Positions 8,778 to 18,550 of a DNA stretch of 64,000 nucleotides are shown here, piece by piece (positions within the stretch are counted from its first letter, which is position 1; the number at the start of each line of letters is the position of its first letter). The notes below the pieces were generated by a model. The model saw nothing but the letters and a program-made list of their open reading frames with translations, was not told the origin of the DNA and made no database searches. Source of the DNA: Gemmatimonadetes bacterium SCN 70-22 (GTDB taxonomy: Bacteria; Gemmatimonadota; Gemmatimonadetes; Gemmatimonadales; Gemmatimonadaceae); assembly GCA_001724275.1 (NCBI GenBank), contig MEDZ01000009.1:108543-172542 (forward strand), in the 5' to 3' direction. Made by a program: the position numbers and the translations under genes.

Positions 8778-10418
8778 ATGACGCGTCGTCCCTCCCGCGT
8801 GCTCGCCGCCCTTGCCGCCGGCGCCGCCGCCCTCGCCCCCGTCGTCGCCCCCGCGCAGCAGCGGCCGGCCGGAGCTGCAACGCAGCCCGCCGCCGTCATC
8901 ACCCGCCAGTTCGGCGACCTGGGCGCCGGTCCGTACAAGTCGCTCGTCATCCGCAATGCCATGGTGATCCCCGGGCACGGCGGTCCGCCCGCCGGCCCGT
9001 ACGACATCATGATCGAGGGGAACATGATCACGCAGATGGTCCCCTTCGACCCGGTCGCCGCCGAGCGGCGCGGGGCGGGCTCGCGGATGACGGGTGACCG
9101 CATCATCGAGGCCGAGGGGAAGTACGTGATGCCGGGGATGATCGACCTCCACACGCACATCCGCACCCTCCCCGAGGAGATCGAGTACGTCTACTACCTG
9201 AAGCTGGCGATGGGCGTCACCACCATGGTGAACGCCGCCGATCGCGGCTACGCCAACGGCATGGAAGAGGCGAAGAAGAGCGCCGCCAACGAGATCATCG
9301 CCCCGCGCATGTTCCCGCTGGTGAGCTACGGTGCCGGGACCAGCTTCAAGGGGCGGCAGCTCGATGACCCGGCGATGGCGTCCCAGGTGGTGAAGGCCAT
9401 GGCCGCCAACGGCAACCGGGTCATCTCGATGGACCCGTTAGGCTGGTCGCTCGACCTCGTGGCCGCCATCGCCAAGGCGGCGAAGGAGAACGGGATGATC
9501 ACCTCGTTCCACCTGCAGCCGTCCAACACCGCCGTCACGCAGGCGGTGAAGGCGGCGTGCGCCGGCGTCACGATGATCGAGCACCATTACGGCTACGCCG
9601 AGTCGGCGCTGGACAACAAGACGCAGGACTTCCCGCGCACCTACAACTACGGCAACGAGAACGACCGCTTCCGCGAGGCGGGAAAGGTGTGGACGTACAC
9701 CAACAAGGAGCGCCTGCTCAACGAGGTGGCCGACACGCTCGTGAAGTGCGGCGTCACGATGCTCCCCACGCGCGTGGTGTACGAGGCCAATCGCGACGTC
9801 ATCCGCGCCACGTCGCTCCCGTGGACCGACAAGTACACCCACCAGGCGCTGTGGAACTGGAACCTCCCCAACCCCGCCTACCACGGCTCGTTCCACTATG
9901 ACTGGACGAGCGACGACGAGTACTACTGGACGACCGCGTTCCGCCTGTGGGGCGACCTGATCTACGAGTTCAACAAGCGCGGCGGGCGCGTGGCGTTCGG
10001 CACCGACGACAACTACATCTGGGCCACCCCGGGCTTCTCGTCCGTCCGCGAGCTGCAACTCCAGCGCGAGACGGGGATGCACGGGCTCGAGGTGATCAAG
10101 ACCGCCACCCTGAACTCGGCGCAGACGCTGGGCGAGCCGCAGCTGGGGCTCGTGCGACCCGGCTACAAGGCCGACCTCCTGATCGTCGACGGCAACCCGG
10201 CCGCCAACCTCAAGTACCTCTACTCGTTCGGTGACCTGGCCCTCGACAAGGACGGGAAGATGATCCGCACGAAGGGGATCGTGCACACCATCAAGGACGG
10301 CGTGGTGCTGAACAACGCCCGCCTCATGGAAGAGGTCGAGAAGATGGTGCAGGCGTCGCGCAAGCTCGCCCCGGCGGTCGACGTGATGCGCGATCCGTTC
10401 CGTGTCGGCAAGCCGTAA
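8778..10418 (+). CDS. Secreted amidohydrolase-family metal-dependent hydrolase
   Basis: Signal peptide MTRRPSRVLAALAAGAAALAPVVAPAQQ, HxH motif MPGMIDLHTHI, C-terminal GTDDNY. The upstream part of the 826-aa ORF is Arg/Pro-rich off-gene read-through. Confidence 0.85.
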   Translation: MTRRPSRVLAALAAGAAALAPVVAPAQQRPAGAATQPAAVITRQFGDLGAGPYKSLVIRNAMVIPGHGGPPAGPYDIMIEGNMITQMVPFDPVAAERRGAGSRMTGDRIIEAEGKYVMPGMIDLHTHIRTLPEEIEYVYYLKLAMGVTTMVNAADRGYANGMEEAKKSAANEIIAPRMFPLVSYGAGTSFKGRQLDDPAMASQVVKAMAANGNRVISMDPLGWSLDLVAAIAKAAKENGMITSFHLQPSNTAVTQAVKAACAGVTMIEHHYGYAESALDNKTQDFPRTYNYGNENDRFREAGKVWTYTNKERLLNEVADTLVKCGVTMLPTRVVYEANRDVIRATSLPWTDKYTHQALWNWNLPNPAYHGSFHYDWTSDDEYYWTTAFRLWGDLIYEFNKRGGRVAFGTDDNYIWATPGFSSVRELQLQRETGMHGLEVIKTATLNSAQTLGEPQLGLVRPGYKADLLIVDGNPAANLKYLYSFGDLALDKDGKMIRTKGIVHTIKDGVVLNNARLMEEVEKMVQASRKLAPAVDVMRDPFRVGKP

Positions 10419-10428
10419 CCGCCGCGGG

Positions 10429-10453
10429 GCTGGCGAGGCGTCCCCCTCGCCAG
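10429..10453. terminator. GC hairpin between convergent genes
   Basis: GCTGGCGAGG-cgtcc-CCTCGCCAGC, a 10-bp perfect stem. No clear U-tract. Confidence 0.4.
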
Positions 10454-10466
10454 CACCGCGCAGCGG

Positions 10467-11669
10467 CTAGCGCCGCACTGCCGTCACCAGGACCGCGATG
10501 TCGTCGTTGCGCGGGTTCACGAAGTCCAGCCGAACCCGCGCATCGTCGGTGCGCGAGACGGTGGCCGGCACCGAGCAGTTGGCCAGTGCCCATCCCGCGG
10601 GGAGCACCATCGCGTTGGCCGGCCGCCCGAAGGCGCGGTCCCACACCAGTGTGTCACCGCGCAGCGAATAGCGTGCGGCGTCGGTGTAGGTCTCGCTGAT
10701 GCGCAGCCGCACCGACTCCCCCGCCTTCACCGGGGCGAAGTCGATCACGACCACTTCGGCCTCGGGCGTCACCGGCGCCCCGATGTCGATCCCGGCGCGG
10801 GTGATCGCGCTCCCCGTCAGCGTGCGCGTGCGGAGCGACTCCCCGGTGTCGAGGATGCGTGCCGAGGGGTTCGAGGCCCGGCTCCCCCCCCGCACCACGT
10901 TCAGGTACTTGTCCACTCCGGGACGCGACTCGGTGTAATCGTGGTACAGGTCGAAGGCGTGCGTCTCCGGCTGCTGCAGGAAGTACACGATCTCGCGATC
11001 CTGGTGGGCCCGCTCGGCCAGGCGGCTGGCACTTGCCCCACCCAGCGCGCGAGCCACGGCGGGGTGCGCGGACTTGCGCCCCTTCACCACGAAGGGGACC
11101 TCGCCGACTCCCGTGTTGATGAACGAGACGGCGATGCGCCCGTCGGCCTCGGTGATCACCTGCGACGGGTAGTTCACCGACTCCAGTTCGTATCCCGCCG
11201 GCAGGACGACCGCGTTCCGGCGGATGCCGAGTGGCCTGGTGTAGACGATGGAGTCGCCGCCGGCGATGTAGCTGCGCGCGTCCTCGTATGTCTTGTCGAT
11301 GCGAAGGCGCGCCTCGCCGTCGCGAGGGACCGGGCGCGCCAGCGTGATCCTGATGTACTGGCCCGTGCTGTCGGCGCCGCGCACCCCGCCATCTCGGGCG
11401 ACGGCGCCACCCACGACCTGGAACGGGAGCGGCTTCCCGGTCATGCGGTCGTAGACCGCCTCGTCCGTTGCGATGCTCCCCTTCCGGATGACGTTGAAGT
11501 ACGTCGTCGCCCCCGGCGTGGTGGCCGTGACTTCGTAGATGATGCGGAACCTGGCGCTCCCGGGCTCCAGCAGCTCGTAGCGCGTGTAGTGATCGGCATC
11601 GGTCTGGCGTGGCGCCTGCCCCGCGGCCGGGAGGGCGAGCGCCGCCGCCGCGATCGAGGCCAGCGCCAT
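10467..11669 (-). CDS. Secreted hypothetical protein with an internal two-fold duplication
   Basis: Signal peptide MALASIAAAALALPAAGQ. The N- and C-terminal halves align (..RLRIDKTYEDARSYIAGGDSIVYTRPLGIRRNAVVLPAGYEL.. versus ..RLRISETYTDAARYSLRGDTLVWDRAFGRPANAMVLPAGWAL..). Confidence 0.7.
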   Translation of the reverse strand: MALASIAAAALALPAAGQAPRQTDADHYTRYELLEPGSARFRIIYEVTATTPGATTYFNVIRKGSIATDEAVYDRMTGKPLPFQVVGGAVARDGGVRGADSTGQYIRITLARPVPRDGEARLRIDKTYEDARSYIAGGDSIVYTRPLGIRRNAVVLPAGYELESVNYPSQVITEADGRIAVSFINTGVGEVPFVVKGRKSAHPAVARALGGASASRLAERAHQDREIVYFLQQPETHAFDLYHDYTESRPGVDKYLNVVRGGSRASNPSARILDTGESLRTRTLTGSAITRAGIDIGAPVTPEAEVVVIDFAPVKAGESVRLRISETYTDAARYSLRGDTLVWDRAFGRPANAMVLPAGWALANCSVPATVSRTDDARVRLDFVNPRNDDIAVLVTAVRR

Positions 11670-11764
11670 CCTCGCTCCCCCGCCCCCTGACTCCAGAGTC
11701 CAGGTGCAACGAGCGCGCGCGCGTCGCAGCCCCGACGGCGCGCGCGCCACCAGTGTCCGTGACC

Positions 11765-12013
11765 TCACGCCTTGGCCCCCACCCGCTTGGCGATCCAGAG
11801 CACGACCATGGCCCCGAGCACCGATGCGATCAGTCCGGCGCCTTCGCCGGGCGAGTACCACCCCACCAGGCGTCCCAGGAATCCGGCGAGGAAGGCGCCG
11901 GCGATGCCGAGGACCATCGTCTTGAGGAGTCCCATCGAGTCGTCTCCCTTGTACAGCGCACGCGCGATGAAGCCGACGACGAGTCCGATGATGAGGGTGT
12001 AGATGAGCCCCAT
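11765..12013 (-). CDS. GlsB/YeaQ/YmgE-family small stress membrane protein
   Basis: 82 aa. MGLIYTLIIGLVVGFIARAL..GIAGAFLAGFLGRL is typical of the transglycosylase-associated family. Confidence 0.8.
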   Translation of the reverse strand: MGLIYTLIIGLVVGFIARALYKGDDSMGLLKTMVLGIAGAFLAGFLGRLVGWYSPGEGAGLIASVLGAMVVLWIAKRVGAKA

Positions 12014-12062
12014 GGTACGCTCCTGATGGAAGTGGACGAGCGGCGCCGCGCGTCGGGCGGCG

Positions 12063-12650
12063 TCAGGGTGCGGGCGTGTGCGGGCCGGGCGGTCGCCGGG
12101 AACGGCGGCGTCGGACCGCGCGGAAGACGAGAACACCCGCGACGGTGCACAGCAAGAGGGCGACGACGGGGACGACGATCGACACGGCCGTGATGACGAC
12201 CGCCCCCGCCGTCTCGCCCGTGGCGACGACCGGGTTGCCGATGCCGCCGGTGGTCACGGTCGACTTGACGCGCGTCCCCACCGACAGCGCCTGCACGATG
12301 CCGGCGGCTCCCCCGCCCCCGATGATGGCGATGCTCCATCGCACCGTCGGCGGGAGGTCGGTGATGACGGCGGCACTGGCCACGATGCCGGCGACCACCG
12401 CGGCCGGCGTGGCCACCACGTCGAGGAGGTGGTCGAGCCAGGGGATGTAGTACGCGCCGACCTCCAGCGCCGTCGCCGTCCCGAAGGCGAGGAGCGCCGG
12501 GGTGGTCCCTACCCACGAAAAGCCGGGGGAGACCGGGAGGTATCCGAAGTGCGCGGCCAGGCCGGCCCCGAAGACGGGGACGAAGACCCGCAGTCCGGCG
12601 GCGGTGGCGAGCCCGAGCCCGAGGGCGATGCTGAGGACGGTTTCGCTCAT
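12063..12650 (-). CDS. DUF4126-like polytopic membrane protein
   Basis: Gly/Ala-rich TM helices (LGLGLATAAGLRVFVPVFGAGLAAHFG). Start taken at MSETVL. Confidence 0.7.
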   Translation of the reverse strand: MSETVLSIALGLGLATAAGLRVFVPVFGAGLAAHFGYLPVSPGFSWVGTTPALLAFGTATALEVGAYYIPWLDHLLDVVATPAAVVAGIVASAAVITDLPPTVRWSIAIIGGGGAAGIVQALSVGTRVKSTVTTGGIGNPVVATGETAGAVVITAVSIVVPVVALLLCTVAGVLVFRAVRRRRSRRPPGPHTPAP

Positions 12651-12714
12651 GACTCCGGAAAAGAGCGCCGCGCGGCGTGCGGCGCCATTCCCTACGCGGG
12701 GGTGAGGCGGGAAG

Positions 12715-14700
12715 TTACGGGAGGGCGAAGGCGCGCAGCGCCGTCCCGGCCCCCGCACCGGTGGCGATCACCACGAACTGCCGGCCGGCACGCGTTCGGT
12801 AGGTCATGGGATTGGCATAGCCCACGGTCCCCAGCGCGTGCGACCAGCGGACGCTCCCGTCGCGGGTGTCGATGGCGTACAGCGTGCTCCCGCCCCCCGT
12901 GAGGAAGAGGAGCCCGCCGCGCGTCACGACCCCACCCGGCGCGCCGGCCACGCCTAACGCCGGCGGCAGCGGGACCCCCCGCAGCGCCGGGTGATGGCGC
13001 ACCGCGGGAGAGTCGCCGATCGGCACCTGCCAGCGGTGCTCGCCGGTGGCCATGTCGATCGCGGTCAGGACGCCGTACGGTGGCTTGTTGATCGGGAGGG
13101 GCGGGACGGGCTTCCCGGCCGAGTCCCGCTCGAAGCCCGGGACCACCACGCCTAACGACGGGGCGTCGGGGTCGGTGAAGAAGTCGCTGTCGTTCGTGTC
13201 CGAGGGTGTGGGGCGCCGCGCGAGCTTCCAGAGCGCCGGGGCATTGGTCGCCTTGACGTACAGCACGTTCGTCTCGGGATCGTACGCCCCCCCTCCCCAG
13301 CCGGCGCCGCCGATCGCCCCCGGGCTGGTCACGGTCCCCTCCAGCGACGGCGGGGTGAAGAGCGGGCCGAATCGGAACGTCCGCAGCTTGGCGAGGGCGG
13401 CGGCCTTCACGGCCGGCGTGAAGTCGATGACGTCCTGCTCCCCGAACCCCTGCGCCGCGAGCGGAGCCGGCCTGGCGGGGAACGGCTGCGTCGGCCACGC
13501 CGCTTCCCCGGGCACGTCGCTCGGCGGGACGGGGCGTTCCTCGATGGGCCAGAGTGGCGCCCCCGTGACGCGGTCGAACGCGAAGATCCACCCCTGCTTG
13601 GTCGGGACGAGCACGGCATCCACGCGGCTCGCGCCACGCCGGATGGTCACCACGTTAGGCGGGGCGGGGAGGTCGTAGTCCCACAAGCCGTGATGGACCA
13701 GCTGGTGATGCCAGAGGCGCGTCCCCGTGCGGGCGTCGAGCGCCACGATCGCTTCCCCGAAGAGGTTCGCCCCGCGGCGGCGTCCGCCGTACCAGTCGTT
13801 GGACGGCGTCCCCACCGGGAGGTACACGATCCCGCGCGCCGAGTCGACCGTGAACGGCGCCCAGACGTTCGTGTGCCCGGTGTAGCGCCAGGAATCGCCG
13901 TCCCATGTCTCGTTCCCCACCTCCCCGGGGTGCGGCACGGTGCGGAAGGCCCAGACGCGCCTCCCCGTGCGCACATCGAACGCCTGCACGTCGCCCGGGG
14001 GATCACCCTTGTAGGCCAGGCGGTCGCCGACCCCGTTCCCCAGGATCACCAGGTCGCCCCACACCACCGGCGGCGACGTGTTGGTGTAGTGCCGGCGATT
14101 CACCGGGCGGTCGAGCTGTGCGGTGAGGTCCACCTCGCCGTTGGCGCCGAAGGAGGGAATCGGCTTCCCCGTCGACGCATCGAGGGCGATGAGCCGCCAG
14201 CGCGAGTTGATGAAGATGCGGCGCTGCCGGCCGTCGCTCCACGCCGCCACTCCGCGGTGCACCAGCCCCGTCCCGTTGGAGGGCTGTCCGGCGCGATAGG
14301 CACCGGGGTCGTAGCGCCAGTACTCGCGCCCGGTGTTGGCGTCGAGCGCCACGACGACGTTGAGCGGGGTGGGGAGGTACAGCGTGTCGCCGATCATGAG
14401 CGGCGTCGCCTGGAAGTTCCCCGGTCGCGCCGGCCGCCCCGAATCGGCGGGAGGCGACGCGGGGTCGCCGGTGTCCCAGCGCCACGCGGGAGCGAGCTGC
14501 GCGACGTTGTCGCGATTGATGTCGGCGAGGGGCGAGTACTTCATCCCGCCGGCATCGCCGCCGTACGCGGGCCACTCGACCATCGGGCCAGCCCCCCGCC
14601 TCCCCTGCTGGGCGGAGGCCCCGCCAGGGGCAACGCCCAGCACCAGCACGCCCGTGAGGGCGAGCGAGGCCGCCCCCCGGGAGCGGAGCGGCCCGGTCAT
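12715..14700 (-). CDS. Periplasmic PQQ-dependent dehydrogenase (quinoprotein beta-propeller)
   Basis: Signal peptide, N-terminal WPAYGGDAGGMKYSPL signature, and repeated W-containing propeller blades over 661 aa. Confidence 0.8.
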   Translation of the reverse strand: MTGPLRSRGAASLALTGVLVLGVAPGGASAQQGRRGAGPMVEWPAYGGDAGGMKYSPLADINRDNVAQLAPAWRWDTGDPASPPADSGRPARPGNFQATPLMIGDTLYLPTPLNVVVALDANTGREYWRYDPGAYRAGQPSNGTGLVHRGVAAWSDGRQRRIFINSRWRLIALDASTGKPIPSFGANGEVDLTAQLDRPVNRRHYTNTSPPVVWGDLVILGNGVGDRLAYKGDPPGDVQAFDVRTGRRVWAFRTVPHPGEVGNETWDGDSWRYTGHTNVWAPFTVDSARGIVYLPVGTPSNDWYGGRRRGANLFGEAIVALDARTGTRLWHHQLVHHGLWDYDLPAPPNVVTIRRGASRVDAVLVPTKQGWIFAFDRVTGAPLWPIEERPVPPSDVPGEAAWPTQPFPARPAPLAAQGFGEQDVIDFTPAVKAAALAKLRTFRFGPLFTPPSLEGTVTSPGAIGGAGWGGGAYDPETNVLYVKATNAPALWKLARRPTPSDTNDSDFFTDPDAPSLGVVVPGFERDSAGKPVPPLPINKPPYGVLTAIDMATGEHRWQVPIGDSPAVRHHPALRGVPLPPALGVAGAPGGVVTRGGLLFLTGGGSTLYAIDTRDGSVRWSHALGTVGYANPMTYRTRAGRQFVVIATGAGAGTALRAFALP

Positions 14701-15938
14701 GGATCGTTGCGGTAGACGTGCCCGCCCTTCATCACGAAGCGCGGGCGGCGGAGGGCCGTGGCGTCGCGGGTCACGTCACCCGCGAAGGCCACCAGGTCGG
14801 CCACCATGCCCGGCGCCACCGTCCCCAGCGAGTCGGCCAGCCCCATCGAGCGGGCGGCGAGCGACGTCGCCCCCGCGAGCGCCTGCAGCGATGGCTCCCC
14901 CGCCTCCTCGATGCGGCAGATCAGGTCCTCGACGTTGCGGCCGTGGGCACCGGCCACGGCGTCGGTCCCGAACACCACCTTGAGCCCCGGCGTGTTGACG
15001 GCCCGGCGCACGGCGGCGGTCGCCAGCGGGAGCGATTCCTCCATCGACCTGAAGCCGGCGTCGTTGTAGTTGCCGATCCCCTGGTACCGGGCCCGGTTGT
15101 CGAGGTAGTTGCGGAAGACGAGCCCGCACTGCGGGGAGAAGTAGGTCCCCTTCTGCGCCATCAGCCGCAAGACCTCGTCGGTGGCAAAGACCCCGTGCTC
15201 CACCTGGTCGCACCCCGCGTCGACCGCCGCCTTCACGGCCCCGGCGGCGTGGGCGTGGACCAGGACGCGGAGCCCGAGTGCGTGGGCCTCGCCGCACGCC
15301 GCCTGCAGCTGCGCGTCGGTCATGGTCTGCGCCCCGCCCTCCCGGATGGACTTCGAGGCGAAGAGCTTGATGAGGTCGGCACCGCGCGCCTTGAAGTCAC
15401 GGACCTTCTGGCGGAGTTCGTCGGGTGATCCGCTGGCCTCGCTCAGCGAGCCTAACGAGGTCAGGAGGCGTGGCCCGGGCACCGCCCCACGGTTGATGGC
15501 GTCGCGCAGGTCCTTGTCCCCGGGCGACCCCGGCGACTGGACCGTGGTGACCCCGGCAACCAGGGTGGCGTACGCATTTCCCGCCGCGGCGATCGCCTCC
15601 TGCGCCGGCGTCTCGCCGTCGCGCTCCGTGTGGAGGCGCCCCTGGGCGTTGAAGTACCACGCGACGTGCGCATGCACATCCATGAGCCCCGGCATCAGCG
15701 TCGCGTCGCCGAGATCGTAGCGCACCCCGCGGAACCCCGCCGGGAGCGCCCCGACGCTGGTGATGCGCCCCCGCTCGACCACGACCGTCGCGGCCCCGGT
15801 CAGCTTCGCCCCGTCGAACACCCGCTGCGCGGAAATGGCGACGGCCTGTGCGCCGGAGGCGCGTGGCGACCATGCGATGGCCAGCGCCGTGCCCGACAGC
15901 TGCACCCCCCGGACGGCAAGTCGAATCGAGCGCCTCAT
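14697..15938 (-). CDS. Secreted amidohydrolase-family protein
   Basis: Signal peptide and HxH motif MPGLMDVHAHV. Its stop overlaps the PQQ dehydrogenase start (ATGA, 14697-14700). Confidence 0.85.
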   Translation of the reverse strand: MRRSIRLAVRGVQLSGTALAIAWSPRASGAQAVAISAQRVFDGAKLTGAATVVVERGRITSVGALPAGFRGVRYDLGDATLMPGLMDVHAHVAWYFNAQGRLHTERDGETPAQEAIAAAGNAYATLVAGVTTVQSPGSPGDKDLRDAINRGAVPGPRLLTSLGSLSEASGSPDELRQKVRDFKARGADLIKLFASKSIREGGAQTMTDAQLQAACGEAHALGLRVLVHAHAAGAVKAAVDAGCDQVEHGVFATDEVLRLMAQKGTYFSPQCGLVFRNYLDNRARYQGIGNYNDAGFRSMEESLPLATAAVRRAVNTPGLKVVFGTDAVAGAHGRNVEDLICRIEEAGEPSLQALAGATSLAARSMGLADSLGTVAPGMVADLVAFAGDVTRDATALRRPRFVMKGGHVYRNDP

Positions 15939-16156
15939 GTCACGTCACCGGCGAAAATGGTCGTCTGGGGCTCCTCGCCTTCACGCTCCCCGCCGTTCGC
16001 CAATGTACGCCCTCCGGCGTTCGCCACAAGCAAGCCATGTCCACCGAGACTGGACGGGTGGGCGCGCCCGGTGGATGTTGGAACCGACTCACGCGCACGC
16101 CACGCGCTTCGCTCGTCATCGCGGGCGTGTGCGGCCGCGTCTCACGTCACGGACCG

Positions 16157-16672
16157 ATGCACCTCCCCCTCCCGCAGTGCACCATTCGCTCCTGGCGTCC
16201 CGCCGACGCCGCGCGCCTCGCCACCGTCGCCAACGATCGCGACATCTGGATCATGGTGCGCGACCGCTTCCCGCACCCCTATACCCTGGCCGATGCCGAC
16301 GCCTTCATCGCCCGCGTCCTGGCGGAGGAACCGGAACGGAACTTCGCGGTCGCCGTCGATGACGCCGCGGTCGGTGGCGTCGTGTACATGCCCGGTGAGG
16401 ACATCCATCGGGTGTCGGCCGAGGTGGGCTACTGGCTCGGGGCGGATGCGCGCGGGCGGGGGATCGCGACCGAGGCCGTGCGCGCCTTCGTGGGGTGGAT
16501 TTGGGAGAACACCGAGATCCAGCACCTCGAGGCCGGAGTGTTCACCTACAACCCCGCCTCGGCCCGCGTCCTCGAGAAGGTGGGCTTCACGCTCGCCTAC
16601 ACCGCCAGGAATTCGGCGATCAAGGACGGCGCCCTGCGTGACGAGTGGATCTACACCATCAACAGGGGCTGA
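16157..16672 (+). CDS. GNAT-family N-acetyltransferase (RimJ/RimL-like)
   Basis: Acetyl-CoA-binding motif GYWLGADARGRGIATEAV. 171 aa counted from the in-frame ATG at 16157. Confidence 0.85.
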   Translation: MHLPLPQCTIRSWRPADAARLATVANDRDIWIMVRDRFPHPYTLADADAFIARVLAEEPERNFAVAVDDAAVGGVVYMPGEDIHRVSAEVGYWLGADARGRGIATEAVRAFVGWIWENTEIQHLEAGVFTYNPASARVLEKVGFTLAYTARNSAIKDGALRDEWIYTINRG

Positions 16673-16766
16673 GCGCTCGACGCGACGGGCGCGACCGCGC
16701 CGCCGTCGGCGCGCCGGCCCGGCGCCGGGCGCATCCCTCCGTGCCCGGTGCCGGTACGAAACGAAA

Positions 16767-16790
16767 CAGGCGGCGCGTGTGCGCCGCCTG
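16767..16790. terminator. Bidirectional terminator-like hairpin
   Basis: CAGGCGGCGC-gtgt-GCGCCGCCTG, flanked by A-rich (gaaacgaaa) and T-containing (ctccgtttg) tracts, between convergent genes. Confidence 0.5.
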
Positions 16791-16816
16791 CTCCGTTTGC
16801 ACTGCGGGTGAGCCGC

Positions 16817-17926
16817 CTACCGACTCCCCCGGCAGAGGACCGACATCGCTCCGTCAGCCTGACATGTGCCAGACAGGCGAACGGCGCCGGTCGTCACATC
16901 GGAAGATTGTGCCGCCACCGCCTGGCCGCGTCCGCGGCGGACGCTGTTCGTCCACCGGGCGCGGCTCCCGCGCACGTCGATGTGGACGAAGGGGCCACTG
17001 GGGCCCATCTCGTGATAGAGGCCGAGCCCGCCCACGAGGTCGGGGTTGCGGTGCTCCACCAGCTGCACGGCACGGTCGATCACCTGGGCGTCGGCGAAGT
17101 CGACCACGCCATCGCGGTTCAGGTCGTCCATGCGCCCGTCGCGATTGGCGTCGATGATGAGGTCGGCGGCGTCGCCATACTGGTGGCGGCTCGAGCGCGC
17201 CATCCCTTCGCCCCCGCCTCGCGCGTTGTACTGCGGCGTCCGGAAGCCCGACAGCACGACGACGTGGCGCGTCGCGACGCCGAACGACTCCAGGGCGTCG
17301 AGGACCAGCTCGAGCTTGTCCAGCAACTCCTCGCGCAGCACCACGTACTTGGGCCACACGTGCGTCTGGTCGTGCGTGATGAAGTCGCGCAGGGTGAAGT
17401 GCGTCGAGACGCGCGTGTCCGCGTTCTCGGGCGTGACCTCGATGAATCCCGCGGGGTTGTCGTACGACGTGCTCACGGCGCGCAGCTCGCCGGGCCAGAG
17501 TCCGACGTGGTAGCCGTTCACGTAGCTCCCGATCTTCCTGCGCCACGGCGTGAGCGTGACGAAGGCGAACGACGACGCGAGGGCCGGGGTGGCGACGCCG
17601 TGGATGCCCGGGGCACGGACGTCGGGGCCGATCTGGCGCGTGAGCGTCGGGAAGGCCTCGATCTCCTCCAGCGTCAGGAGGCGCATGCGCAGGTCGCCCG
17701 AGCGCCCGCTCAACGAGTCGAAGTCGATCGCGCGGCTGGCGGCGACCGAGCCGTTCCGCACGACCGGGACGTTCACCAGCTCGGCGCGACGGGGGGCCTC
17801 GACCGGCTTGCCTAACGCTGCGCTGATCCCGCTGCGCGTGGCGGCAGCCGCGACCACGGTCGCGGCGACGATCGAAGCGAGGCGCCAGAGGCGGGAACGG
17901 TGCAACGGGACGGAGGGCGGCATCAC
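16817..17926 (-). CDS. Peptidase M15A / DUF882-type zinc D,D-carboxypeptidase-like protein with a Ca-binding-loop insertion
   Basis: SGFRTPQYN..SRHQYGDAADL (HxxxxxxD zinc site) and FVHIDVRG (third ligand). Between them lies DANRDGRMDDLNRDGVVD, two DxNxDG loops. Confidence 0.75.
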   Translation of the reverse strand: MMPPSVPLHRSRLWRLASIVAATVVAAAATRSGISAALGKPVEAPRRAELVNVPVVRNGSVAASRAIDFDSLSGRSGDLRMRLLTLEEIEAFPTLTRQIGPDVRAPGIHGVATPALASSFAFVTLTPWRRKIGSYVNGYHVGLWPGELRAVSTSYDNPAGFIEVTPENADTRVSTHFTLRDFITHDQTHVWPKYVVLREELLDKLELVLDALESFGVATRHVVVLSGFRTPQYNARGGGEGMARSSRHQYGDAADLIIDANRDGRMDDLNRDGVVDFADAQVIDRAVQLVEHRNPDLVGGLGLYHEMGPSGPFVHIDVRGSRARWTNSVRRGRGQAVAAQSSDVTTGAVRLSGTCQADGAMSVLCRGSR

Positions 17927-18156
17927 CGCAAGGACGACCGAGGGGAGACAAGGGCAACGCGTTGCCGTGCAACGTGTTGCAGGGTGACGGGACCGTCTCC
18001 AACCTGGCGATGCGCGTCACGCGGGCGTCACGTCCCTCGTGCGTGCCCTTTCTCGCGACGCGTCGTCCCTTTCCTCGGTGGCCGTTACCGCTGCGCCCCC
18101 CATCCCCCCGCCGGGCGGGGGACGGCGAACTCCCAACCCGCGTATCGCCCTCGACC

Positions 18157-18516
18157 GTGACCGCTCCGTCCTTGCCAACTGCCGGGGGAGGACCCCCCGC
18201 TCCCGTCGATGGGGGAGCCGCCCCGCTCACCCCGCCGCCGTCCCGTGAGACGGGGGTCCGCCCCCGGGACCGCGCGGTCGACGCGGTCGCCGCCCTCCTC
18301 CTGGCCGGCGGTGTCGCCCTCTTCTTCCTCGGACGCCAGGCGCTGACGTCCATCGCCGATGGAACCTATGCCGCTCCCATGGGCGAAACGTGGGTGCAGC
18401 GCGCGGACTTCCATGCGGCGCAGACCCGGTGGGGAGGGTGGCTCATCGCGGCGGGTGTCGCGGTCGCCCTCGTCTCGGCGGGGCGGCACGCCTGGCACCG
18501 GCGCGCCAGGCGTTAG
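18157..18516 (+). CDS. Hypothetical small membrane protein (start uncertain)
   Basis: The C-terminal ~90 aa have good GC3 and two TM helices (AVAALLLAGGVALFFL, WLIAAGVAVALVSAG). The N-terminus is Pro-rich. GTG at 18157 or ATG at 18010/17962 are possible starts. Confidence 0.35.
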   Translation: MTAPSLPTAGGGPPAPVDGGAAPLTPPPSRETGVRPRDRAVDAVAALLLAGGVALFFLGRQALTSIADGTYAAPMGETWVQRADFHAAQTRWGGWLIAAGVAVALVSAGRHAWHRRARR

Positions 18517-18550
18517 GCATCGGCGCGGCGGGCGCGGGGCGCCCGCGCCC

